From contig JBBSVQ010000007.1 of NCBI GenBank assembly GCA_038046725.1, forward strand, positions 88,306-152,305: a stretch of DNA of 64,000 bases, read 5' to 3'. Below, piece by piece: positions 19,041-28,615 of this stretch. The notes beneath the pieces are model-generated. The model saw nothing but the letters and a program-made list of their open reading frames with translations, was not told where the DNA came from and did not search any database. How positions within the stretch are numbered: the stretch's first letter is position 1; every line of letters starts with the position of its first letter. The stretch is from Thermoplasmatota archaeon (GTDB taxonomy: Archaea > Thermoplasmatota > E2 > JACPAO01 > JAHFTW01). Position numbers and translations under genes: made by a program.

Positions 19041-20381
19041 CTAAGGTTGCGGCGGCGTCTCGGCTGGCGCCAACGGGGCGGTGGGCCCGGCGTCCTGCCC
19101 AGGCACTGGTGACGCGCGCCGCACCTCGGGCTCCGCCTCCGTCACGGCGGCGTGCGCGGCGGCAACGTGGTGGGCGGCCGTGCCGGACGTCGCGCCCATC
19201 TCGGGGGCGTCAACCTTGAGGATGCGCTCAACCTTCTCCTCGATGGCGCGGGCCTGGGCTTCCGAGAGGCCGAGTTGCGTGCGCAGGTTGCGCAGGAACG
19301 CCATCTCGCGCTCCGACACTTGGGCGTCGCGCAAGACGTAGGTGCATTGGGCGTGGTAGACTTCGGCGGCGCGGGCGAGCGCGGCGTCGCCTTCGGCCGG
19401 CCGCGGCAACAGCTTGTCCGAGACCTTGCCGGACATCCGCTCGATGGGCTTGAACAGCACGATGCTGGTCGTTCCGGAGAGCAGGAAGGAGCCGTACTCG
19501 CCGGCGAAGGCGAAGAGTTGGCCCTGCAGGACGATGTTCTCGATGGCCTGCGTCACGAGGAAGACCACGACGAAGACGAAGCCGACGACGGCGGACTTGA
19601 CGCCGACGCGGAACTTCGGGTCCACGCCGAGGATGTTGTACTTCAGAATGGCAAAGCCGACGAGGCCGGCTGCGACCATCTCGAAGATGGGGGACAGGAA
19701 GCGCAGGACGAACCCGGTCTGCTGCTGGGCCTGGTCCGCAGGAAGCCATCCCCCTTCGGCGCCGAAGATGTAGAACGTGATGACCCAGGTCGCCATGAAG
19801 GAGGGCAGGAACCCGAGGGCAACGTAGGTCGCCTGCTTGCGCTCGATGTGGTCAGGCGAGCGCCGGTGCGTCCGCACAAGGAGCCAAAGGGCCGCCGCCG
19901 TCATCGTGGTGGCCACGACATTGAACCCCAGGACGATGTCGTTGAACCAGGGACTGTCCTGCGCCAGGAAGACGACCCAGCCGACGACGAGACTGGGCAC
20001 GAACACGAGAACGCCGCGCCAGCGGTGCTGCACCATCCACGGCTGCGGGCGCGGGAACGTCGCGCAGAACAGGAACAGCAACGGCAACATCGCCAAGGCG
20101 CACACGATGGTGACGTACAGCCAGGTCAGGGCATCGGGGAACAGCGGCGAGGAGGCATGCAGTTCGTTCGCGACGAAGCCCATCGTCCCGTCGGCCCGCT
20201 TGAAGGGCGCCGTCAACCCGTCCCCGAGCGACTTGACGCCCGACAGGAGGAACAGGACCCCGAACAAGCGGGTGTGCAGATGGGCCCCGCCCTTGCGCAA
20301 CACCAACGTGGCAAGCGCCAGCAGGGCGATGCCCACGAGCAGCGGCAATGCGACCGCGAGAATCTCCGTGGCCGTGGGCAC
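19041..20381 (-). CDS. Multi-TM sensor-like membrane protein with a C-terminal TerB-like helical domain
   Basis: About 9 TM segments; FAILKYNIL; C-terminal LRDAQVSEREMAFLRNLRTQLGLS; paralog at 50223-51557. Confidence 0.7.
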   Translation of the reverse strand: MPTATEILAVALPLLVGIALLALATLVLRKGGAHLHTRLFGVLFLLSGVKSLGDGLTAPFKRADGTMGFVANELHASSPLFPDALTWLYVTIVCALAMLPLLFLFCATFPRPQPWMVQHRWRGVLVFVPSLVVGWVVFLAQDSPWFNDIVLGFNVVATTMTAAALWLLVRTHRRSPDHIERKQATYVALGFLPSFMATWVITFYIFGAEGGWLPADQAQQQTGFVLRFLSPIFEMVAAGLVGFAILKYNILGVDPKFRVGVKSAVVGFVFVVVFLVTQAIENIVLQGQLFAFAGEYGSFLLSGTTSIVLFKPIERMSGKVSDKLLPRPAEGDAALARAAEVYHAQCTYVLRDAQVSEREMAFLRNLRTQLGLSEAQARAIEEKVERILKVDAPEMGATSGTAAHHVAAAHAAVTEAEPEVRRASPVPGQDAGPTAPLAPAETPPQP

Positions 20382-20512
20382 GATGGCTCAGTCCCCTGGC
20401 AGCATTAGAGGGTTTCCAGCGCCAGGTCTGGTGCACCTGTGCAGGGGCGTCATCCGCGCCATACAGGTCCGTCCCGGGCAAGGTTGAAGGGGTGTTTGGG
20501 CTCGTTTGCTCG

Positions 20513-22168
20513 GTGCCCATCGCGACGCGGCTGCGTCCTGCATGGCTTGTCTTGGTCCTTTGGCTTGCCACGGTCAACGCTGCGGGGCAACTCGCAATCG
20601 GGGTGCAAACGCAGGGAAGCCTGCTGGTTGGACAGGACAAGCTGGCTGGCGAAGCGCGCATCGAGGCCTTCGATTCCTACGGCGTGACAATCGCAGATCT
20701 TGACGGTGACGGCCGCCCCGAGCTGATCGCCATGAATGACAACTCGCGCGTGTACGTCATCGACACCGCCACCCATCGCGTGCGGGCAGAAATCACGACG
20801 GCGCATCCAGGGGGCAAGACCGCTTGGCACACACAGTCCCTGAACGGCGTGGCCGTGGCTGACATGGACGGCGATGGCCTCCAGGAACTGCTGATTCTCA
20901 ACTCGGGTGGCATGCTGACTCGGCTGGAGCGTGACCCAGACCTTGACACACCCGCCGTGCTCGGGCTTCGCAAGGAATGGGCGGTCTTGGCCCATGCGCC
21001 GGCGTTCCAGCCTCGCTTCTGGGACGAGCGGCCTTGGTTCACCCCGACGAAGGCCGCCGACACCCCACAACTGGCCCACAGCGCAGCCGTGGTGGCGGCC
21101 CCCGCGCCCGAGGCGGCGCAGAGCTGGGTCTACGTGCAAAGCGACGGGCTCTCCGGCCAGTTCGCCTTCGACCATGAAGGCCGCCTGCAATGGCTCGAGG
21201 CCTGGCAGGACGGCCACGCCGGGCCCTGGGTGGGTGCGATGGGGGGGCGTCAGACCGTTCTGTTCGCATCCGACGCGGGAGAGCTCACCGCCCGCAACGC
21301 GCAGACCGGTCAACTGGTCTGGCAACGACAGGTTGGTCCCAAGGTGAGTCCGGGCAGCCATTCGGTGGGCCCCGTCGTCGCCGACCTTGACGGTGACGGC
21401 CGGCAAGAGATCTTCGTTGCAGCCCGCAACGTGGCATCCGGCGTTGATTGGATGCAGCGCTCGCACGCTCAGCTTGAATTGCTGGACGACCAGGGTGCCC
21501 TGCTTTGGTCCGTGCAGCACCCGGAGGGGAACCCCATGGTCCACTCCCGCGCCATCCCGCACGATGTGAACCGGGACGGGGTGTTGGACCTCGTCGTGCT
21601 GGACTGGAACACCATCGGGCGCAAACCGGGCAACTGGGAGCGCCTAGGCCCCGGCAATCTCTTCGGCTTGGACGGTCGCAACGGTTCCGTGTTGTGGAGC
21701 ATCGCCATCGAGGCGCCAGCCACGGACTTCGATCTTGCCCTGGCCGATACCGACGAGGGACGGGTAGCGCTCGTCCCGCATGCCGTGGCAGGCCGCCATG
21801 GCCTGGCCACCATCCAACTGGACGATGGCCGTTTGCTCGCTTGGCAAGAACTGCCGGACGGCTGGAACACGACGCGGGGCGCGACGCTTGTACCGACCTC
21901 GAAGGGAGGCTGGGAGGCATGGGTCGCCATGGACCGTCCTGGGCTCGATTGCGCCCCGAAGGAGGATGTTGCTTGCCGCGATGGTGCCTTTGCCGTCTTG
22001 CCTCTACGAACGAGTGGGCCGACACCCCAGGGCTTGGCGCCAGCCGCGCTGCCGTCTGAGGCCCTCGAGGCGGTCACGGGCGATGCCGACCCGCTGGCGG
22101 CCGGCGGGGTGCTTCCGCTGGCCTTCGTAGCTTCGGTTGTGTGGGCGCTGCGCACTCGCCGCGACTGA
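20513..22168 (+). CDS. Secreted FG-GAP repeat protein with a C-terminal membrane anchor
   Basis: ADLDGDGRPEL, ADMDGDGLQEL, ADLDGDGRQEI, DVNRDGVLDLV; TM followed by RTRRD; start uncertain. Confidence 0.75.
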   Translation: MPIATRLRPAWLVLVLWLATVNAAGQLAIGVQTQGSLLVGQDKLAGEARIEAFDSYGVTIADLDGDGRPELIAMNDNSRVYVIDTATHRVRAEITTAHPGGKTAWHTQSLNGVAVADMDGDGLQELLILNSGGMLTRLERDPDLDTPAVLGLRKEWAVLAHAPAFQPRFWDERPWFTPTKAADTPQLAHSAAVVAAPAPEAAQSWVYVQSDGLSGQFAFDHEGRLQWLEAWQDGHAGPWVGAMGGRQTVLFASDAGELTARNAQTGQLVWQRQVGPKVSPGSHSVGPVVADLDGDGRQEIFVAARNVASGVDWMQRSHAQLELLDDQGALLWSVQHPEGNPMVHSRAIPHDVNRDGVLDLVVLDWNTIGRKPGNWERLGPGNLFGLDGRNGSVLWSIAIEAPATDFDLALADTDEGRVALVPHAVAGRHGLATIQLDDGRLLAWQELPDGWNTTRGATLVPTSKGGWEAWVAMDRPGLDCAPKEDVACRDGAFAVLPLRTSGPTPQGLAPAALPSEALEAVTGDADPLAAGGVLPLAFVASVVWALRTRRD

Positions 22169-22188
22169 ACCCCTGCGCTCGCCTTCAT

Positions 22189-22468
22189 GATGCCACCGGG
22201 GACATCAACGCCGGAAGCTTCAGTGAGGGCCCTCTGCGCTTCGCTCGGTTAGTAACCCAGCTGAATCTTCCCGCCCGTCCGGCGGCATTGCGAGCAATGC
22301 CGCCATCAAGGCGGAAACATCGGTTGATGCTACGAACGGCGCTGCGCGCGTTCAGTAGCCCAACTGGATTTTTCCGCCCTGCCTCGCCCTTCGGGCATTG
22401 GCAAAGCGGGAAGCTTCCGACTCAGATTCTTTCGCTGCGCTCAGAATCCGAGCTGAATCTTCCCGCCC
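22189..22468 (-). repeat. Three-unit array of recoded gene-3'-end copies with antisense arms and spacer hairpins
   Basis: 28-nt copies at 22441-22468, 22352-22379 and 22249-22276 encode GGKIQLG(F/Y)*; each is followed by a GCGCAGCG/GCGAAGCG loop, an imperfect antisense arm and a short hairpin. Confidence 0.85.
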
Positions 22469-23388
22469 TTCTTCAGCTGGTCCAGCGCGGACTCCTGGGC
22501 GCGTTCGATGGCGCGGGGGTCGCTGACGCTGCGGCGCGCCGTCTGGTTGACCTCGCGGATCTCCGTGCGCTGGGCGTCGAAGGCGGCCTTGCGGTCGTTG
22601 CGGATGGACATGACCTTCTCGCGCAGTTCCATCGCCTTGTTGTGGTTCTCGTCGGCCTTCGTCTTGCAGGCCACGAACTCGGCGTGCTTGGCGTTGGCCT
22701 CGTTGACGAGGACGCGGGTCTCCTTGACGGCCGCGATGAACTTCTCGTGGTTCTCCTGCGCGACCTTCTGGTGCTTCAGGACTTCCTCGTGCTCGGCGTC
22801 GGCCTTGGCGAAGAGGGCGTCGATATCGCCATCCGCACCGCTGAGCTCGACGGCGACGACCTGCTGCTTCTTCAGCTCGGCTTCCTTCTCCTTGAGGTCC
22901 TTCCAGATGGCGCTGATCTCTTCGACGAGAACGCGCTCCTTGGCGACGGTGAGGGTCGTGGTCTGCTGCAGCTCAATCTTGGCCTGCAGGTCGTTGCGCA
23001 GCTTGCGCACCATCAGGGGCAGGGAGCGCTCGAGGCCGCCCGCCTTGCCCTTCTTCTGCGCGATGAGGGCCTTGGCCTGGTCCTGGTAGGCGTTGCGCAG
23101 CTCCTTGTGCTTGCGCATCTCCTCGTTGGCGGCGTCGCGGGCCGTCTTGTGGCCGTCGATGCCGGCCGCCATCTCGCGGCGGTGGTCGTTGAGTTGGTTG
23201 CGCTCCTCGGCCGCCTTGCGGGCGAGGTCGTTGAAGGAGTTGCGCTGGTCGAGCAGGTGGTTGAATTTGTCCTGCAGGTTGCGCACGTCGGACTCCGTCT
23301 TGGGGGCGGCGTCGACGGCGGGCGCGGCGGCGCTCTCGGTCGCGGGGGCGGTCGGGGGCGGGCTGGCGGCTGGCGCGTCGGCGGTCAT
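22441..23388 (-). CDS. Conserved archaeal coiled-coil protein (COG1340-like)
   Basis: Long heptad-rich helix with LQQTTTLTVAKERVLVEEI; C-terminal LKKGGKIQL. Confidence 0.8.
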   Translation of the reverse strand: MTADAPAASPPPTAPATESAAAPAVDAAPKTESDVRNLQDKFNHLLDQRNSFNDLARKAAEERNQLNDHRREMAAGIDGHKTARDAANEEMRKHKELRNAYQDQAKALIAQKKGKAGGLERSLPLMVRKLRNDLQAKIELQQTTTLTVAKERVLVEEISAIWKDLKEKEAELKKQQVVAVELSGADGDIDALFAKADAEHEEVLKHQKVAQENHEKFIAAVKETRVLVNEANAKHAEFVACKTKADENHNKAMELREKVMSIRNDRKAAFDAQRTEIREVNQTARRSVSDPRAIERAQESALDQLKKGGKIQLGF

Positions 23389-23477
23389 CGTGCGGCGATC
23401 CTGGCCCGAGTCGCCCCGGGCGTAGGTCGCGCCACTCCCTCTTCCAGATAAGGACTTCGTCTGGGGTCCTCGAGGCC

Positions 23478-25034
23478 CTACGCTGGCAACACGCGGACTC
23501 GGACGCGGTTCTCGCCGGGGCCGGCGGTCCACGACAGGCGCACCGTCTTCGTCGCGCGCGCCGCAAGGGTGAGCGCCGCCTCGTCGCGGTCGAGGTCGTC
23601 GGCGGCAAGCACGACGCGCACCTGCCGCGACGGGCCCGGGTTGCGCAGGACGACCTCCGTCGTGACCTCCTCGCCCTCCTCGGGGGCCTCGGGTTCGTGC
23701 GTCACGGACTCAATCTTGAGGGCGCCGCCGACGGTGGCCGCAGGCGGCGTCGGCCCACCGTCGCCTTCCTCGTCCTCGGGTTCGTCGTCATCTGCATCTG
23801 CCTTCTTGGCCGGGGCGACGAGGGGCAGCAGTCCGGCGGGGGCCTGGTCACCGCCCTTCATCGGCGGGGCCTCCGGTGCCGCAGAGCCCGCGAGGGTGCT
23901 GGGCGCGAGCGCGACGAGGAGGAAGATGGCCAGGATGACGAGCAGGACGATGAGGGCAAGCAGCACGAGTTCGGCGTACTTTCCGAAGGCACCGTCGAGG
24001 CCGAGGGATTCGGCTGCGGGCGTCATGAAGTCGAGGCCGGCGGGGACGACTTCGCGTTCGCTTGCCGGCGGGGCGAAGGAGAAGACGGCGACGGCAGTGT
24101 CGGTGGCTCCCCGCGTCGTCGTGACGGTGAACGTGACCCGGATTGTCCCGGGGTCCATGCCGGCCAGCGAGATGGGAACCGTGGCTTGCGCATCGCCGGC
24201 AAGCGGAATCGCGACCGTCGAAAGGACCGGGGGTTGCTTCAGGGGCGGGTCGGAGGAAACGGCAAGCGTGTACGCGTCGGCGTCCGTTCCGAGGTTGCTG
24301 ATGCGCAGGCGGACATCGTAGGTTCCGCGTTCCTGCGTGGTGAGGGCGTTGCCGGTCTTGTTGCCCACTTGGGCGACGCCGACATCGACGCCGGCCGTGG
24401 GTGTCGGCCGGGCCATGGTGTAGTTCGCGCCCGGCCCTGCTGCGTCGGTGCCGGTCTGGTCATCCTGCGTGACGGTGGGGTCGGTGACGGCGCCCAAGTC
24501 GGTGCGCGTGGTCGTGAGGTTGAGCCCGGTGAGCAGGTCGCCGCCCACGGCACCGACGCGCCCGATCCCGACCTGGATGCGCAGGCCATCGGGGCCGACG
24601 GCCGCCGTCGCGTTGGGAAGGCCAGTGACCGTGGTGCCGGTCACCGTCAACGTCACCGTCTGTCCTGTGGCCGTCGAAGCCGCGTAACTGGTCGGGCCGC
24701 GCTCGACGCGGAAGGTCGCTGTCAGCGTCCCCGTCGTCCAGGAGGCCGTCGTCGCCACAAGGAGGGCGAGGTCGGGGCAGTCGAGGGCGTTCTCCCCGAC
24801 GCAATCCACCGTGCGTGGCTGCTCGAACCAGGCGGCGACGAGGTCGATGTCGTCGAAGGACTCGTCGTTGACGCCGGGGATGAGGGGCGGAAGATCGGGC
24901 CCTCCGGGACGAGTCACGGCTTGGTCGCCGGCGGCGTCCTCAAGTTCGGGGTCCGCGGCGGTGCCGGCGTGCGCCACTGGAGCCCAAGCTGCGGCGACGA
25001 GCAGAAGCACGGCGGCGGCGCGCAGGCGAAGCAT
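23478..25034 (-). CDS. Secreted/membrane-anchored Ig-like protein with a C-terminal CARDB-like domain
   Basis: Signal peptide MLRLRAAAVLLLVAAAWAPVAHA; Thr-rich beta strands; central TM; C-terminal EVVLRNPG domain. Confidence 0.7.
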   Translation of the reverse strand: MLRLRAAAVLLLVAAAWAPVAHAGTAADPELEDAAGDQAVTRPGGPDLPPLIPGVNDESFDDIDLVAAWFEQPRTVDCVGENALDCPDLALLVATTASWTTGTLTATFRVERGPTSYAASTATGQTVTLTVTGTTVTGLPNATAAVGPDGLRIQVGIGRVGAVGGDLLTGLNLTTTRTDLGAVTDPTVTQDDQTGTDAAGPGANYTMARPTPTAGVDVGVAQVGNKTGNALTTQERGTYDVRLRISNLGTDADAYTLAVSSDPPLKQPPVLSTVAIPLAGDAQATVPISLAGMDPGTIRVTFTVTTTRGATDTAVAVFSFAPPASEREVVPAGLDFMTPAAESLGLDGAFGKYAELVLLALIVLLVILAIFLLVALAPSTLAGSAAPEAPPMKGGDQAPAGLLPLVAPAKKADADDDEPEDEEGDGGPTPPAATVGGALKIESVTHEPEAPEEGEEVTTEVVLRNPGPSRQVRVVLAADDLDRDEAALTLAARATKTVRLSWTAGPGENRVRVRVLPA

Positions 25035-25087
25035 GCATCCCCCGACTGGAGGCGCACCTCCAGGCGTTCCCTTGCTCTCGTCCAGCC

Positions 25088-25102
25088 ATATAAATATTAA
25101 AA
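25088..25102. promoter_or_regulatory. AT-rich TATA region between divergent genes
   Basis: ATATAAATATTAAAA in a GC-rich background, ~25 nt before the ATG at 25127. Confidence 0.55.
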
Positions 25103-25126
25103 GGCCGCCGCATTGGCTCACCCAGC

Positions 25127-25402
25127 ATGGCCGACGCGGACCTTTCCAAGCGCCTGGTGAAGATCCTCAACGAGCTCGAGGAACGCTTCCAAGCGGGCAC
25201 AATCAGCCTGCGCGAGATGACCGCCTTCGTCGAGAAAGAGAAGATTGCGCACCTGGACGGCTACCTGCGCCGCGCGGGCGCCCTTGACTACCAGTCGCCC
25301 AAGCGCTTCTTCCAGGCCGGCCCCGACCTCAAGTCCGTGCGCGAGGCCCTGAAGAAGAACAAGGTGCCCCGCGGCCTCGAAGGCCTGCTCGGCACGCCGT
25401 AG
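25127..25402 (+). CDS. Small hypothetical protein
   Basis: 91 aa; host-like codon usage; TATA box upstream. Confidence 0.7.
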   Translation: MADADLSKRLVKILNELEERFQAGTISLREMTAFVEKEKIAHLDGYLRRAGALDYQSPKRFFQAGPDLKSVREALKKNKVPRGLEGLLGTP

Positions 25403-25415
25403 ACGCTGCTTCGGG

Positions 25416-26402
25416 CTACCGTTTCACGGCCTTCGTGGACTTGGCCGCGACCTCGCGAACCGCTGGCGCCGGATTCCCCGCATCGGCTACGCCGCCCGGC
25501 ACCTTCTGCTTCGTCGTCAGCACCGGCTCCATCAGGTCCCCGTGCTCCTCGTACCGCGCTAGGACCTGGTCGGGACTGAAGCGAAGGTCGGCGGCGTCTT
25601 TCGCATCCGCCCCGTCCTCGACCTCTTGCCACGTCAAGGGCGCCGCCACCGTCGGCGTCGGCTGCGCACGCAGCGAGTAGACGCAGACCGTCGTTTTGTG
25701 CTCGTTGTTCTGCGACCAGTCGATGAACACCTTGCCGCCGCGCAGGTCCTTGCGCATCACGGACGTCACCTGCTTGGGGTGGTCGCGTTCCAGAACTTGT
25801 GCGAGGGCACGCGCGATGGCGCCGGTGTGCTCGTACGTGACTCCCGGCGTGTTGAACGGCACATGCATCTGCAACCCCTTGCCGCCGGAGACCTTGGGCC
25901 ACGCCTTGAGGCCGAGCGATTTGAGGTCGTCGCGCAGCCAGAGGGCGACGCGGGCGCAGTCGAGGACGTTGGCGGGCGCGCCGGGGTCGAGGTCGAAGAC
26001 CATCATCGTGGGCCGCTCCAGCTTCGGGGCCTTGTGCATGAACGTGTGCAATTCCAGGTCGGCGGCGTTGGCGAGCCACACGAGGCTCGGCAAGTCATTG
26101 CACAGCAGGTAGTTGATGGGCGCGCCGCGCGCCTCGCTCGGCACAGGGTGCGTCTTCATCCAGGCGGGCTTGTTGGCCGGCGCTTCCTTCTGGTAGAAGT
26201 ACGGCTCCTCGACGCCGTTCGGGTACCGCTTCATGCTCACGGGCCGGTCGCGCATGTGCGGCAGGAGCGCGGGCGCGATGCCGATGTAGAACTGGATGAC
26301 CTGCGCCTTGGTGAACCCCGACTTGGGGTAGAGGACCTTGTCCGGGTTCGTGATGTCGACGATGCGGCCCTCGACTTTGAGGGGGTGCTTCTCGGTCGCC
26401 AT
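25416..26402 (-). CDS. LigD polymerase (AEP primase-polymerase) domain protein, NHEJ
   Basis: ITNPDKVLYP, KRYPNGV, FYQKE, FDLDPG, KVSGGKGLQMH, VFIDWSQN, YSLRA. Confidence 0.93.
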   Translation of the reverse strand: MATEKHPLKVEGRIVDITNPDKVLYPKSGFTKAQVIQFYIGIAPALLPHMRDRPVSMKRYPNGVEEPYFYQKEAPANKPAWMKTHPVPSEARGAPINYLLCNDLPSLVWLANAADLELHTFMHKAPKLERPTMMVFDLDPGAPANVLDCARVALWLRDDLKSLGLKAWPKVSGGKGLQMHVPFNTPGVTYEHTGAIARALAQVLERDHPKQVTSVMRKDLRGGKVFIDWSQNNEHKTTVCVYSLRAQPTPTVAAPLTWQEVEDGADAKDAADLRFSPDQVLARYEEHGDLMEPVLTTKQKVPGGVADAGNPAPAVREVAAKSTKAVKR

Positions 26403-26438
26403 TCACGACCCTCGGCGGGTGCGGCGGGCGTGCGATGG

Positions 26439-26506
26439 AACCACGAATTGCACGAAGCCCACGAAACGAATCGGGGCGGTTCGTGCCTTTCGTGCAATTC
26501 GTGGTT
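26439..26506. repeat. 9-nt-periodic palindrome (CACGAA type)
   Basis: Perfect 18-bp arms AACCACGAATTGCACGAA/TTCGTGCAATTCGTGGTT; the same left arm occurs at 35655. Confidence 0.85.
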
Positions 26507-26524
26507 GGGTCTGGGCGCCGGCCA

Positions 26525-27325
26525 TCACTTGCCCTTCTTCTGCGCCTTCTTCGCCTTGGCCAGGCTGGCTTCAAGGGCGACGAGCAGGTCGGCCGTGCGG
26601 CCGGCGGGGGCGGAGGCCGTCTCGACGGTGATTTTCTTTCCCGCCGCCTTCTTCCCGATGATGTCCTGCACGCGTTCGCGGTGGTGGTCTTTGTACTTCT
26701 TGGGCTCGAACTCGGCGCTCAAGGATTCGATGAGTTGCTGGGCGAGGGCGACTTGTCGCTTGTCGGCCGGCGCGATGTCGGCTTCCAGGTCCTCCTGCAG
26801 CGACGACACCGGCACCAGTTCGTCGTGGAAGTACATCGTCTCCATCACGAGGGCCCCGTCGCGGGCTCGGATGGCCACCAAGTGCTCCTTGTCGTGCATG
26901 ACCATGCGCGCGAGCCCCACCTTGTCGGTCTCGACGAGGGCCTCGAGCAGGAGGCGGTAGGCCTTGTGGGCGTTCTTGTCGGGGACGAGGAAGTACGGCT
27001 TGTCGTAGTACATGGGGTCAATCTGCACCTGGTCCACGAAGTCCTCGATCTCCACGGTGCGCGTGCGCTTGGGGTCCGCGGCCTCCAACTCGTCGTCGGT
27101 CAAGGTGACGTACTGCCCCGGCGTGACCTCGTAGCCCTTGACGATCTCGTCGTTGGGCACCTCGTCGCCGTCCTTGGCGCAGACTTTCTTGTACTTGATG
27201 CGGGAGCCGTCCTTGGCATGCAACTGGTTGAACTTCAGGTCCTTCTCGCGGATGGCCGTCACCAGTTTGATCGGGATGTTGACCAGCCCGAAGTTGATCG
27301 ATCCGCTCCAGATTGCGCGTGCCAT
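26525..27325 (-). CDS. ku: Ku protein (NHEJ)
   Basis: MARAIWSGSINFGLVNIPIKL, IVKGYE, IDPMYYDKPYFL, FEPKKYKDHHRE, DLLVALEASL. Confidence 0.96.
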   Translation of the reverse strand: MARAIWSGSINFGLVNIPIKLVTAIREKDLKFNQLHAKDGSRIKYKKVCAKDGDEVPNDEIVKGYEVTPGQYVTLTDDELEAADPKRTRTVEIEDFVDQVQIDPMYYDKPYFLVPDKNAHKAYRLLLEALVETDKVGLARMVMHDKEHLVAIRARDGALVMETMYFHDELVPVSSLQEDLEADIAPADKRQVALAQQLIESLSAEFEPKKYKDHHRERVQDIIGKKAAGKKITVETASAPAGRTADLLVALEASLAKAKKAQKKGK

Positions 27326-27326
27326 G

Positions 27327-28328
27327 TCAGGTCCCGTCCGTTGTCCGCTTGGCCGTCTGTTCCCAGACGACGTCGCGCGCCGGCTTGTCCGTGCGCAAGC
27401 CCTTGAACGACGCCTGACGCAAATGCCCTTGCGTTGTGAGCCCGGAGAATTCAGCCTCCCCCACGAGTTCGGGGGTCACCCAGTGGACGACGCCTCCAGC
27501 CTCGTCGCCCTGGATGGAGGTGTCGAAGGGGCAGCGCTTGGCGGGCCGCCGGTCAAGGGCCGCCCGCAAGGCGACGAGGTCCTCGTCGTCGAAGCCGGTC
27601 CCGACGCGGCCGGCAAACGTCAACGACTTGGCCCCGGGCTTGTGGAAGCCCAGCAGGAGGGCCCCGAAGGTCCCACGCCGGCCGCCCGCTCCTTCGCTCC
27701 ATCCGCCGATGACGAATTCCTGGCGATCGCGGTTGCGCACCTTGACCCAGGCGGGTGACCGTTCGCCGGGTCGGTACTTGCTGTCCAGCCGTTTGGCGAC
27801 CAGGCCCTCCAAGCCAAGGCTGCGGCTCGCCTCCAGCATCACGCTGGCGTCCGGCTGCCACGGGGGAGTCGACCAGTGGTCCCCCTGCAGGGCCAGGCCC
27901 TCGAGGGCGGCGCGCCGCTGCACGTAGGGCTTGCCCGTGAGGTCGCGGCCGTCCAAGGCCAGGACGTCGAAGGCGAGGAAATCGACGGGCGTGGCGGCGC
28001 GTGCGGCGCGGATGGCTGCGGCATCGTCGAGGAGGAAGCGCTTCTGCAGCGTGCCGAAGTCCGGGTGGCCGCGCGCGTCGAGGCACACGACCTCGCCGTC
28101 CAGGATGGCGGATGTTCCGACCGCCTGCGCCAGGCCCGCAAGCTCCGGGAAGCGGTGCGTGACGTCGTTGCCGTTGCGGCTCACCAGAAGCAGGCCTGCG
28201 TCGGCGGCGACGTGCGCCAGGATGCGCATGCCGTCCCACTTGAACTCGAAGCCGTAGCCTGGGCCGCGCGGCAACTCGCCCGGCGAGGCCAGCATCGGCC
28301 GCAGATCGAGGGCAGCGTGGCCGGGCAC
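27327..28328 (-). CDS. ATP-dependent DNA ligase (LigD ligase domain), NHEJ
   Basis: PMLA, EFKWDGMR (motif I), LDGEVV, FDVL, EGLVAKRLDSKYRPGERS, GRVGTGF, LRTDK. Confidence 0.93.
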   Translation of the reverse strand: MPGHAALDLRPMLASPGELPRGPGYGFEFKWDGMRILAHVAADAGLLLVSRNGNDVTHRFPELAGLAQAVGTSAILDGEVVCLDARGHPDFGTLQKRFLLDDAAAIRAARAATPVDFLAFDVLALDGRDLTGKPYVQRRAALEGLALQGDHWSTPPWQPDASVMLEASRSLGLEGLVAKRLDSKYRPGERSPAWVKVRNRDRQEFVIGGWSEGAGGRRGTFGALLLGFHKPGAKSLTFAGRVGTGFDDEDLVALRAALDRRPAKRCPFDTSIQGDEAGGVVHWVTPELVGEAEFSGLTTQGHLRQASFKGLRTDKPARDVVWEQTAKRTTDGT

Positions 28329-28615
28329 GGGCGGCCATCATGGCCGTCGCGCACAATTGAAGCCTTGCACCGCAGCCCTGAAGTGCGCGGCCGCGGTGCC
28401 AGGGTCGCCGGGATGAACTCCGGCCCGGACGGCTCCTCGTTTTCCCGGACCGTTCGCAGGGCCCCAGACCTTCGGGCGCGGGGCCCTTCAATCCCTTTCT
28501 TTCCTCGCAGTGACGATTCAAGGCCCGATTCTCCAGGTTGAGGTCCGGTGAATCAAGGGTCCTTTCCACTCTCTAGCGAGAAGGCCTATCTCCCCTTCGG
28601 TTGCCATGGGGTCCG

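Noticed and set aside
22189-22468. CRISPR array or DGR template/variable repeat interpretation of the 3-unit array
   Set aside because: The repeats are recoded copies of a gene end, not identical direct repeats. The differences are synonymous and not adenine-specific. No cas or reverse transcriptase gene is in the window.
28490-28562. Further member of the periodic palindrome family (GATTCA...TGAATC)
   Set aside because: The arms are short and degenerate, and it lies upstream of genes rather than after a stop codon; not counted.
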